This document shows positions 49,508 through 57,500 of a stretch of 64,000 nucleotides of DNA, piece by piece. This DNA is from Alphaproteobacteria bacterium (GTDB lineage Bacteria; Pseudomonadota; Alphaproteobacteria; CAAHEQ01; UBA3637), in NCBI GenBank assembly GCA_045614025.1, contig JAZLCE010000017.1, forward strand, positions 3,875 to 67,874, read 5' to 3'. Numbering within the stretch: position 1 is the first letter of the stretch; each line of letters begins with the position of its first letter. The notes beneath the pieces were generated by a model, which made no database searches, was not told the DNA's origin, and was given only the letters and a program-made list of their open reading frames with translations. The position numbers were made by a program, and so were the translations under genes.

Positions 49508-49993
49508 GTGGCAAAACTTATTTCAACAGGAACGGTTGCAACAAATAGAAAAGCCCGTTTTAATTATGAAATTTTAGAAACATTTGAAGCTGGAATTGTT
49601 TTAACTGGTGGGGAAGTGAAATCTTTGCGGGCAGGACATGCCACAATTAACGAAAGTTATGCAGATACTGAAAACAGAGAGTTGTTTTTGATTAATGCGC
49701 ATATTGCTGAATATTTGGGATCAAAAGGTGGTTTTGTGCAAGAAAAATCATCTCGTCCACGTAAGCTTTTATTGCATGAAAAAGAGCTGAATAAAATTTT
49801 TGCAGCTATTGAGCAAAAGGGAAAAACGGTTATTCCTTTAGAGCTTTATTTTAACTCTAGGGGCGTTGCAAAAGTTAAAATTGCGTTGGCAACTGGTAAA
49901 AATATGGCAGATAAGCGCGAAGACATTAAAAAACGCGATTGGAATCGCGATAAGCAACGCATTTTAGCTCATTATAATAATGGAAAAAGATAG
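49508..49993 (+). CDS. smpB: SsrA-binding protein
   Basis: GTG start after AAAGGA. NRKARFNYEILETFEAGIVLTGGEVKSLR. Confidence 0.9.
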   Translation: MAKLISTGTVATNRKARFNYEILETFEAGIVLTGGEVKSLRAGHATINESYADTENRELFLINAHIAEYLGSKGGFVQEKSSRPRKLLLHEKELNKIFAAIEQKGKTVIPLELYFNSRGVAKVKIALATGKNMADKREDIKKRDWNRDKQRILAHYNNGKR

Positions 49994-50010
49994 TTAAAAA
50001 ATTAATAAAG

Positions 50011-50042
50011 ACCCTTGTTTATAAAAAAACAAGGGTTTTTCT
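50011..50042 (+). terminator. Intrinsic terminator after smpB
   Basis: ACCCTTG-loop-CAAGGGT-T5. Confidence 0.75.
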
Positions 50043-50071
50043 TTGACTGTTTTTAATATTGACAAAAAAGA

Positions 50072-50100
50072 TTGACAATTTTGTTATTTTATGATATAAT
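50072..50100 (+). promoter_or_regulatory. Sigma70-like promoter of the helicase gene
   Basis: TTGACA-N17-TATAAT. The track ORF start (TTG at 50072) is actually the -35 box. Confidence 0.6.
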
Positions 50101-50125
50101 TGCAAAAATTTTAGAGGGGAATCAT

Positions 50126-52636
50126 ATGAAACAACAAAATTTTAATGCGCTTATTCATGGATTAAAAACTTTTTTACCAAGTGTTGATTTAAGGTCTGCA
50201 CAAAAAGATATTTTTGAAGAATTTTTATCAAGAACAGATGAAAATTTAACCAAAGGCTTTTTTGATCTTGCCACTGGTTTTGGCAAAACCAGAATGATGA
50301 ATGTTTTGACCGAGGGGTATTTATCTCAAAATCCAAAAGGAAAAGTTGTGGTTGTTGTGCCAACCCAAAGTTTGATTAAAGATGAAAATGGCGAGGGGAT
50401 GATTAAGCGCTTTCAAGATTTTCATCAAATGTATCATTCTGAACCATTAAGCATTGGTTCTTTTTATTCGTATGGTAAAGATACAACCAGCAATGTTATT
50501 GTAACAACTTATTCTTCACTCAATACCTTTGCTAACAACATTAACCCAAAAGAAGTTGGCCTTTTGTTGTTGGATGAAGCTCACCACTCATTGTCTGAAA
50601 AAAGAATGGATGCGATCAAAGAATTTTCAAATGCTTGTTGTTATGGTTTAACGGCAACGCCAGCTTATTCCCCAGATAAAAATTTGGAAAATTTGTTAGG
50701 TTCAGTTATTGCTGAAATGAATACGGTTCAAGCCGTAAAAGATGGATTGCTTACGCCTTGTAAAAATGTTTTGCTTTCATCTAAAATTAAGGTGGACTTG
50801 AGTTCTATTTCAAAAACAAGAACAGGTGAATATAATGAAGCCGAACTTGAAAAAGTGCTTTCTCAAGCTCTGAAATCTTATCAAGAAAATGGAAATGCAA
50901 AAAATTGGAAAAATGTGCATGAGTTAATTGCAAATGAAATTGCTATGTTTTATCAAAACTATGTGGATGAAACGGTTGGTAAAGTTCAAGGTAAAAAATG
51001 CATGATTAACTGTCGCTCTCAAGCAGAAGCAAAATTACAGGCCAGAGCGTTAAATAAATTGTTTGGGAAAACAGTTGCAGGTACTTGGACAACGGATACA
51101 AAAGATAAAACAATTTTGAATAAATTTGTGAATGGTGATTTACCTATTTTGTGCCAGGTTGGGAAACTCTCTGAAGGGTTTGATATGCCTAAATTGGATA
51201 TGTGTATCAACTATCCAACTTGTTCCAGAGTGGTTGAAGCACAACGTGGGGGGCGTGTTTTGCGTCTTAATCCAGAAAATGAAAATAAGTTTTCTCTGAT
51301 TGTGGATGTTGTTTTTGCGCATCCAGATTATGATAACCCAATTTTGTCTTCGCATACCAATGGGCAAGTGCTCTATCGTGATATTACAAATAAAAGTGTG
51401 ATGCTAAAAGATAAAAAGTTAGAGGATCGGGCGGGTGTTTTAAAAACACAAGAGAGAAAAGAGCGAGAGTCATCCAATCTATTACTTGAAGCTTTTGATA
51501 TTTTTTCCAATATTGAAGAGTTGATTACACTTGAAAATGAGGCAGATATTGAACTTAAAGATCAAAATCTTCCATTAAAAAGAGACGGGATGAAATCATC
51601 TCTTGATTTAAAACGTTTGTTAGGTAAAACCGATGTTTTTTACAAGAAACAGTTACAAAAATATTATGATGAAAATAGAACTTTTGAAGTTGATGGTGTC
51701 CAATATCCATTGGTAGAAAAAGTAAAGTCAGGATCGAAAATAGCCTTGGTTTTGCATGAACACAAAAATGCTCTTGAAACATTTAAAAAACTGTTGAAAA
51801 AAGATGGAAATGATCTTGATATTCCAGTAAAAAGAGACGGGATGAAATCTACTACAGAGTTAATTTTGTTGTTTAAAAAAAATGGTGCATTTTTTGCAGA
51901 AAAACTACAAAAATATTATGAAGAAAATAAAATGTTTGAGGTTGATGGGATTCAATATCCATTGGTAGAAAAAGTAAAGTCAGGATCGAAAATTGTATTG
52001 GCTTTGCATGAACATGAAAATGCATTAAAAGTATTCAAAAAGCTTTTATTAAGTAGTGTTTGTAACGTTCCTGAAAAAAGAAATGGTATGAAAACACGAT
52101 ATGATTTAGCCTTGATGTTGAATAGAAGTCGTTTCTTTTTTTCAAAATGGTTACAAAAATATTATAATGAAAATAGAATTTTTGAGGTTGATGGAGTTCA
52201 ATATCCGTTGGTTGAAAAAGTTAAATCAGGTGGGTGCATTACATTAGCTTTGTCTGAGCATACAAAGGCTTTTGAAATTTTTAAAAAACTTTTGGAAAAA
52301 GAGGGTCTTGTTTTTGATGTTCCTGCTAAAAGAAAGAAAATGAAATCCAGCTTTGATTTAACAATATTATTTCATAAAACAACAGCTTTTTTTCCAAGGT
52401 GGTTGCAAAAATATTATGATGAAAACAAAACTTTTGAGGTTGATGGAGTTCAATATCCATTGGTTGAAAAAGTTAAATCAGGTGGGGGCATTACATTAGC
52501 TCTTCATGAACATCCATTGGCACTTGAAACATTTAAAAAGTTATTAGAAAAAGATGGCATTGTTTTGAAAGAAAGAAAAATTGCTTCTCAAAAACAAAAT
52601 CTTTTACCCATTCAAAAGAAGCAAAAAAGGCGATAA
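50126..52636 (+). CDS. SF2 (ResIII/DEAH-type) helicase fused to four C-terminal tandem repeats
   Basis: Motifs I ATGFGKT, II LLLDEAHH, III GLTATP, VI QRGGRVLR. These are followed by 4 x 82-84 aa repeats. GAGGGG SD before the ATG at 50126. Confidence 0.8.
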   Translation: MKQQNFNALIHGLKTFLPSVDLRSAQKDIFEEFLSRTDENLTKGFFDLATGFGKTRMMNVLTEGYLSQNPKGKVVVVVPTQSLIKDENGEGMIKRFQDFHQMYHSEPLSIGSFYSYGKDTTSNVIVTTYSSLNTFANNINPKEVGLLLLDEAHHSLSEKRMDAIKEFSNACCYGLTATPAYSPDKNLENLLGSVIAEMNTVQAVKDGLLTPCKNVLLSSKIKVDLSSISKTRTGEYNEAELEKVLSQALKSYQENGNAKNWKNVHELIANEIAMFYQNYVDETVGKVQGKKCMINCRSQAEAKLQARALNKLFGKTVAGTWTTDTKDKTILNKFVNGDLPILCQVGKLSEGFDMPKLDMCINYPTCSRVVEAQRGGRVLRLNPENENKFSLIVDVVFAHPDYDNPILSSHTNGQVLYRDITNKSVMLKDKKLEDRAGVLKTQERKERESSNLLLEAFDIFSNIEELITLENEADIELKDQNLPLKRDGMKSSLDLKRLLGKTDVFYKKQLQKYYDENRTFEVDGVQYPLVEKVKSGSKIALVLHEHKNALETFKKLLKKDGNDLDIPVKRDGMKSTTELILLFKKNGAFFAEKLQKYYEENKMFEVDGIQYPLVEKVKSGSKIVLALHEHENALKVFKKLLLSSVCNVPEKRNGMKTRYDLALMLNRSRFFFSKWLQKYYNENRIFEVDGVQYPLVEKVKSGGCITLALSEHTKAFEIFKKLLEKEGLVFDVPAKRKKMKSSFDLTILFHKTTAFFPRWLQKYYDENKTFEVDGVQYPLVEKVKSGGGITLALHEHPLALETFKKLLEKDGIVLKERKIASQKQNLLPIQKKQKRR
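51572..52573 (+). repeat. Four in-frame tandem repeats (252/246/252/252 nt)
   Basis: Units start at 51572, 51824, 52070 and 52322. Consensus is P.KR.GMKS..DL..L....FF...LQKYY.EN..FEVDG.QYPLVEKVKSG..I.LALHEH..AL..FKKLL.K.G. The 69-nt core of units 3 and 4 differs at 2 positions. Confidence 0.9.
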
Positions 52637-52657
52637 AAAGCTACTGATTTTTGTTAA

Positions 52658-52690
52658 CAAAAACCCACTGAAAGTAAACAGTGGGTTTTA
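52658..52690. terminator. Bidirectional terminator between the helicase gene and der
   Basis: CCCACTG-loop-CAGTGGG with flanking A/T runs. Confidence 0.65.
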
Positions 52691-52693
52691 TGT

Positions 52694-54190
52694 TTATTTG
52701 CGTCTTTTTTCTCTATGCAAAGATTTTGGACCTTGTTTAACTTTGGATTTTGGCTTTGGTTTGCCTTTTGTTTGTTTTTTTTCCATAATCTTTGCCTTTT
52801 TCTTAATTGAGGCACGTTCTTTGGCTTTTTCAGCATAAGGGTTTTCGCGTTTTCTCATATGAATTCTGATTGGCACACCAACCAAACCATAGCGTTCTCT
52901 CAACCCGTTTGAAAGATATCTTAAATAAGATTCTGGCAATTGATCTGGATTGCTTGAAAAGATCACAAAGGTTGGTGGGCGTTTTGAAACCTGTGTCATA
53001 TATTTCATTGGAATGCGTCTACCATTGCTTGCAACAGGGGTTGGGTGTGCTTGAGTCATTTCTTGTAAGAATGTGTTAAGTTTATGCGTTGGCACACGTT
53101 TGTTCCAAAGTTTATACATTTCAAACACATCGCTCATCAATCGGTCTAAACCATAACCTGTTTTGCCAGAAATTGTGTGAACAGGAATGCCTTTAACCTG
53201 TTGCAATGATTCAACCAATTTTTCTTTTAATCGATGTAAAACTTGTTGTGGATTTTCAATGGAATCCCATTTATTTAAAGCAATTAAAAGAACGCGGCCT
53301 TCATTTAAAACTTTTGAAGCAATAATCAAGTCTTGTTTTTCCATTGGAACATTGGCATCTAAAACCAAAATAACAACTTCGGCAAAATCAATGCTTGTAT
53401 TTGTATCTTGTGCAGAAATTTCTTCTACTTGATTAGTAACTTTTCCTCTTTTTCTAAGACCAGCGGTATCTGTTAATAAAATTTCATTTCCTCTCCAATT
53501 CCAAGGAATTGTAATGGCATCCCGTGTAACGCCAGCTTCTGGTCCTGTGAGCAAGCGTTCTTGACCCAAAAGTTGGTTCACAAGAGTTGACTTTCCAACA
53601 TTTGGACGGCCAACAATAGCTAATTTTAATGGTTTAATTTTTGGTTCTTCTTCAACAACTTCTTCATCTTCAAAGAAATCATCATCCTCTTCGTCTTCAT
53701 CGCCTTCTTTTGGAGGGTTGATCAGCATTTTTAATTCTTGATATAAATCGCTGATACCAACGCCATGTTCGCCAGAAATTTTAAGCGGAGATCCAAGGCC
53801 AAGCGCATAAAAATCACCAGTGTGTTGTTGCCCTTCTGCTTTGTTGGCAAGTAAAATAACTGGTTTATCAACCATTCTTAATTCAGTTGCCATTTTTTCA
53901 TCTAAAGTTGTTAACCCACTACGCGCATCCACAACAGCTAAAATAATATCAGCTTCCTCAATTGCCATTTGTGTTTGTCGCCACATGGCTTTTGCTAAAG
54001 ATGATGAATCTTCAAGACCTGCCGTATCAATTACTCTAAACGAAATATCGCCGAGTGTCGCTGTTCCTTCTTTTCGGTCTCTTGTAACACCTGGTTCATC
54101 ATGAACAATCGCAAGCTTTTTTTTGCAAAGTCTGTTAAAAAGCGTTGATTTTCCGACGTTTGTTCTTCCTACAATCGCAACTGTTTTCAT
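52694..54190 (-). CDS. der: Ribosome-biogenesis GTPase Der/EngA
   Basis: Two G domains (GRTNVGKST and GRPNVGKST), an acidic linker (DEDEEDDDFFEDEE), a KH-like domain and a Lys-rich tail. Confidence 0.9.
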   Translation of the reverse strand: MKTVAIVGRTNVGKSTLFNRLCKKKLAIVHDEPGVTRDRKEGTATLGDISFRVIDTAGLEDSSSLAKAMWRQTQMAIEEADIILAVVDARSGLTTLDEKMATELRMVDKPVILLANKAEGQQHTGDFYALGLGSPLKISGEHGVGISDLYQELKMLINPPKEGDEDEEDDDFFEDEEVVEEEPKIKPLKLAIVGRPNVGKSTLVNQLLGQERLLTGPEAGVTRDAITIPWNWRGNEILLTDTAGLRKRGKVTNQVEEISAQDTNTSIDFAEVVILVLDANVPMEKQDLIIASKVLNEGRVLLIALNKWDSIENPQQVLHRLKEKLVESLQQVKGIPVHTISGKTGYGLDRLMSDVFEMYKLWNKRVPTHKLNTFLQEMTQAHPTPVASNGRRIPMKYMTQVSKRPPTFVIFSSNPDQLPESYLRYLSNGLRERYGLVGVPIRIHMRKRENPYAEKAKERASIKKKAKIMEKKQTKGKPKPKSKVKQGPKSLHREKRRK

Positions 54191-54199
54191 TTTATTCCT

Positions 54200-55474
54200 T
54201 TATCTATACATGATTAAATCGGCTTTATCCGTATAAATCAACACTTGATTGTCATAGCAAATTGGTGTTGAAAATGGTTTATCGGATAATTCTTTTAAAA
54301 CTTCTTCTCCCGTTTTCATGTTGAAAATAATTCTATCCCCTTCGCCAGAATAAATAAGCAAATGTTCGTTTGCCATAACTGGAGTAAACCAGCGAACTTG
54401 TTTTTGAGTTTTGCTATATAAATCTTTTTCCCAAATGAGTTTGCCAGTATATTTATTTAAAGCAACAACGGTATCTTTATTTGTTATCATAAAAAGAATA
54501 TCTCCTGAAATAACAGGTGTTGTTTGCCCGCCAATTGGTTGAGTGAAAATTTCTTCACCAGTATCTAAATGGAAAGCTCCCATTTGATGCGCATTTCCAA
54601 TCAAATAAACAACTTTTCCTTCAATAACTGGAGAGGCTAATACATGTCCTAAATCTGCAATCTTATTAAAGGTGCGATAGGAAAGCAAAATATTTGACCA
54701 TTTTGGTTCGCCTGTGTCAGTGTTAAAGGCAATGATTTCTCCATTGGAAAAAGGAACAACAATAGTTTTATTTTGAATGGCTGGAATTCCCATGCCAAGC
54801 AAATTTGTTTCTGTTTCCATGTTTTTATAATTCCAAACAAGTTCACCATCTTTTGTGCTTAAAGCTAACAATTCGTTATTTGCGGAAAGCACAAACAATT
54901 TGTTATCATAAATAACTGGTGAAGAACGAAGAATCTTTTCAGTATCTTTTTGCCAGATGATATCGCCTTCAGGTTCAACGGCATAAATAATTCCATCGCC
55001 AGAAACAACATAAATCAATTTATTATAATAAGCAAGTCCAATGCTTGCAACAGCAGGCATATCTTTATCATCTCTTAAAGACATGTCCCAAATAACATCG
55101 CCATCTTTACTTGTTTTTGTTAATTTTAATTGACTGTCTAATGTATAAATCATCCCATCATGAATAACAGGGGCTGGCAAATGAATGAAGCTTGATGAAA
55201 TTCCTTTGCCAACATTTTCATCCCATGATTTTTCTTTCCAACCGCTAATTGTTGCATGAGGGACCTTATTTTGAATATTTTGATTTAAAAAATTCCATTC
55301 TGTTATAATTTTAGGGTTGCCTAAATTTAAAACAGATGTTTCTTTTTCAATCTGTTGTGTTTCAAGTTTAACTTGAATGGCTTCTCTTCCTTCTTTTGGG
55401 GCTCCTTTTTTTGTTTGCGCACACCCAGAAACCAAAAGAGCCATAGCACAGACGGCAAAAACAAGATGTTTCAT
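54200..55474 (-). CDS. bamB: Outer-membrane assembly lipoprotein BamB-like (PQQ beta-propeller)
   Basis: Lipobox LLVSGC, repeated W-containing propeller blades, and a position between yfgM-like and der. Confidence 0.75.
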   Translation of the reverse strand: MKHLVFAVCAMALLVSGCAQTKKGAPKEGREAIQVKLETQQIEKETSVLNLGNPKIITEWNFLNQNIQNKVPHATISGWKEKSWDENVGKGISSSFIHLPAPVIHDGMIYTLDSQLKLTKTSKDGDVIWDMSLRDDKDMPAVASIGLAYYNKLIYVVSGDGIIYAVEPEGDIIWQKDTEKILRSSPVIYDNKLFVLSANNELLALSTKDGELVWNYKNMETETNLLGMGIPAIQNKTIVVPFSNGEIIAFNTDTGEPKWSNILLSYRTFNKIADLGHVLASPVIEGKVVYLIGNAHQMGAFHLDTGEEIFTQPIGGQTTPVISGDILFMITNKDTVVALNKYTGKLIWEKDLYSKTQKQVRWFTPVMANEHLLIYSGEGDRIIFNMKTGEEVLKELSDKPFSTPICYDNQVLIYTDKADLIMYR

Positions 55475-55487
55475 AAAATCTCCTTTT

Positions 55488-56168
55488 TTACATGCCGGAT
55501 AAAAGCATATTCATCCGATCGGTTGCGTTTGGTGTTAAATTAGGATTTAAAAGAGCGTCTTGCAATATTTTTAAAGCTTCTTCTTTCTTGTTTGCTTTTA
55601 AAAGAAGAGCGGTTTTTAATTCGATTGCAGAGGCAAAATAAGCACTGTTTTGATTTAAAAGAGGTGTTAATAATGAAAGAAGTTCATCAATATTTCCTGA
55701 TTCAACTTGATGACCAACATAGCTGAGTAATGCAACATTTTTAAGGGCTTCAGGAGCGTTCTTTGTTTCAAAAACAGCCTTTAAAATTGTTAAAGCTTCT
55801 GTTTGGTTATTATTTGATAAATAAATGCCAGCTTTTTTGAGCTCAGCTAAATACTTATAATCAGTTTTTGCTGTTTTAGAAAGCAAATTTAAATCATTTA
55901 AAGCAGCTTCTTTTTCGCCCTTTGCATTTAAAACTGCGGCTTTTTCAAATAAATTTGATTCGGTTAAACGAACTTGTTTATGCCAAGAAAGATACATTTC
56001 TGTTCCCGCAACACTCACAATAACTGCAACAACACCGCCGATGAGCAAAAAACGATATTTGTTCCAAAAATTAAGTAATCTTTCTTTTTGAAGCTCTTCT
56101 TCAACTTCGCGGTCTAAAATGGCTTGTTGAATGCGCTCAATTTCATCTTGGGTTTGTTGTTTTTTCAT
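55488..56168 (-). CDS. YfgM-like single-pass TPR-like protein
   Basis: N-terminal TM (FLLIGGVVAVIVSVAG) plus a helical repeat domain. Conserved position upstream of bamB. Confidence 0.55.
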   Translation of the reverse strand: MKKQQTQDEIERIQQAILDREVEEELQKERLLNFWNKYRFLLIGGVVAVIVSVAGTEMYLSWHKQVRLTESNLFEKAAVLNAKGEKEAALNDLNLLSKTAKTDYKYLAELKKAGIYLSNNNQTEALTILKAVFETKNAPEALKNVALLSYVGHQVESGNIDELLSLLTPLLNQNSAYFASAIELKTALLLKANKKEEALKILQDALLNPNLTPNATDRMNMLLSGM

Positions 56169-56269
56169 CTTCTAAGTCCTTTTTATTGTTTAAATTTTTT
56201 ATGGATTTTACCAAAAAACATTTATAATTGCAATCTTTTTAATAAAGAGCTGTTTAAAAAGAAGGTAAT

Positions 56270-57055
56270 TTACTTTGTCTTTTTTTCCTTTTGAGGTAAA
56301 TATTCAAAAATTGGATTGGTTAAAACACGGGGTAGGGCGGTAAGTAAGGCAATTAAAAAATGCATAATCATTGGAAATGCAATAATGCCTTTATTTCTTA
56401 AGATTCCTCTTTGAATAATGACAGCGGCTTTTTCAGGTTGCATTAAAAAAGGCATTTTGAAAACATTTTTATCCGTGAGAGGTGTTTTAACAAACCCAGG
56501 GCAAATAACGTTTACTTTAATATTGTTTGGTTTTAATGCGCCTCTTAAAGCTTCACCCCATGCTTTAACAAAGTTTTTTGATGAAGAATAGGCAGGGCAA
56601 TTCATTAATCCTCTAAATCCGGCAATGGAGCTCATAAGCGCAATTTGACCAAACCCTTGTGTTTTAAAAAGATCAATAACGGGTAAAACTGTGTTGATAA
56701 CGCCATAAATGTTTGTGTCAAAAATTTGTCGGATAGATTCTTCAGAATCTTCTTTTCCAAGAACGCCACCTGAAACGCCAGCATTTGCAATTAAAAGTTC
56801 AATCGGTTTGATTTTGTGCGCTTCTAAAACCGCGTTTTTGGAAGCTTCTTTATCGGTTGCATCAAATAAAAATAAATGAACAAAAGCTCCTTTTTCTTCG
56901 CATATTGATGTTGTTTGTTGAAGGCGTTCTTTATTTCTTCCACATAAAAAAAGCGTGATGCCTGGTTCGGCAAATTGAATGGCAATTGCCTTTCCAATGC
57001 CACTTGAAGCACCAGTGATAAAGATTGATTTCGGTGAAGTAATAACTTTTTTCAT
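56270..57055 (-). CDS. Short-chain dehydrogenase/reductase
   Basis: ITGASSGIGKA cofactor motif and YSSSK catalytic motif. Confidence 0.8.
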   Translation of the reverse strand: MKKVITSPKSIFITGASSGIGKAIAIQFAEPGITLFLCGRNKERLQQTTSICEEKGAFVHLFLFDATDKEASKNAVLEAHKIKPIELLIANAGVSGGVLGKEDSEESIRQIFDTNIYGVINTVLPVIDLFKTQGFGQIALMSSIAGFRGLMNCPAYSSSKNFVKAWGEALRGALKPNNIKVNVICPGFVKTPLTDKNVFKMPFLMQPEKAAVIIQRGILRNKGIIAFPMIMHFLIALLTALPRVLTNPIFEYLPQKEKKTK

Positions 57056-57133
57056 TTTTTTTATCCTTTTTTTTAAAAAACGCTTGACATTGAATTATAA
57101 ATAAGTATAATGAACTTGTCTAGCAAAAAAGAT

Positions 57134-57220
57134 GCCTCTATGGCGAAACTGGTAGACGCGACAGACTCAAAATCTGTTGACCGCAAGGTCATGCTGGTTC
57201 AAGTCCGGCTAGAGGTACCA
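57134..57220 (+). tRNA. tRNA-Leu (anticodon CAA)
   Basis: Acceptor GCCTCTA/TAGAGGT, anticodon arm ACAGA-CTCAAAA-TCTGT, long variable arm, T-arm GCTGG-TTCAAGT-CCGGC, encoded CCA. Confidence 0.9.
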
Positions 57221-57358
57221 AAAATTAAAACCACCCACATCGGGTGGTTTTTTTATTCCTTTTCAAACGCTTATGCCGGTTCGATAATAGTTCGATTGTG
57301 GAGGGCTTGTTTTGGAAGTTTATCGAACTTTTAGGAGGATATTTTGCTATAAAACAGG
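57215..57358 (+). repeat. att-like repeat, copy A (tRNA-Leu 3' end + hairpin + about 105 bp)
   Basis: GTACCAAAA + terminator hairpin + TTTTTTTATT. Then 57280-57358 matches 59822-59900 at 63/79 positions ungapped (counted by hand). Confidence 0.8.
57227..57254 (+). terminator. Intrinsic terminator after tRNA-Leu(CAA)
   Basis: CCACCC-ACATC-GGGTGG-T7. Confidence 0.8.
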
Positions 57359-57500
57359 CGCTTGTTCTGAGTGAAATTTCAGTTGAGATCCCATGATTAA
57401 AATGAGAAATATATAAAAAAATAATGAAATTAAAAAAAATACATGCTATGCTTTCTCAAAATCAAAGGCAAATTGTTTTAAATTTCGAAAGGAATTGTCC

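Noticed and set aside
49994-50125. Searched for tmRNA next to smpB, and checked the track helicase start at 50072
   Set aside because: The spacer holds only a terminator hairpin and a TTGACA-N17-TATAAT promoter. The TTG 'start' at 50072 is the -35 box, and the real start is the SD-preceded ATG at 50126.
51572-52573. Regular ~250-bp repeats, checked as a possible CRISPR or satellite array
   Set aside because: The units are contiguous with no spacers, are in frame and maintain a conserved amino-acid pattern within the helicase ORF. They are coding domain repeats, not CRISPR.
57110-57334. 74-aa ORF, and the 85-aa ORF at 59637-59894 with a similar C-terminus (..VR..C.GSLS..)
   Set aside because: The first overlaps tRNA-Leu(CAA). 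The shared peptide tail is just the translated att-like DNA repeat, and neither ORF has an SD or known motif.
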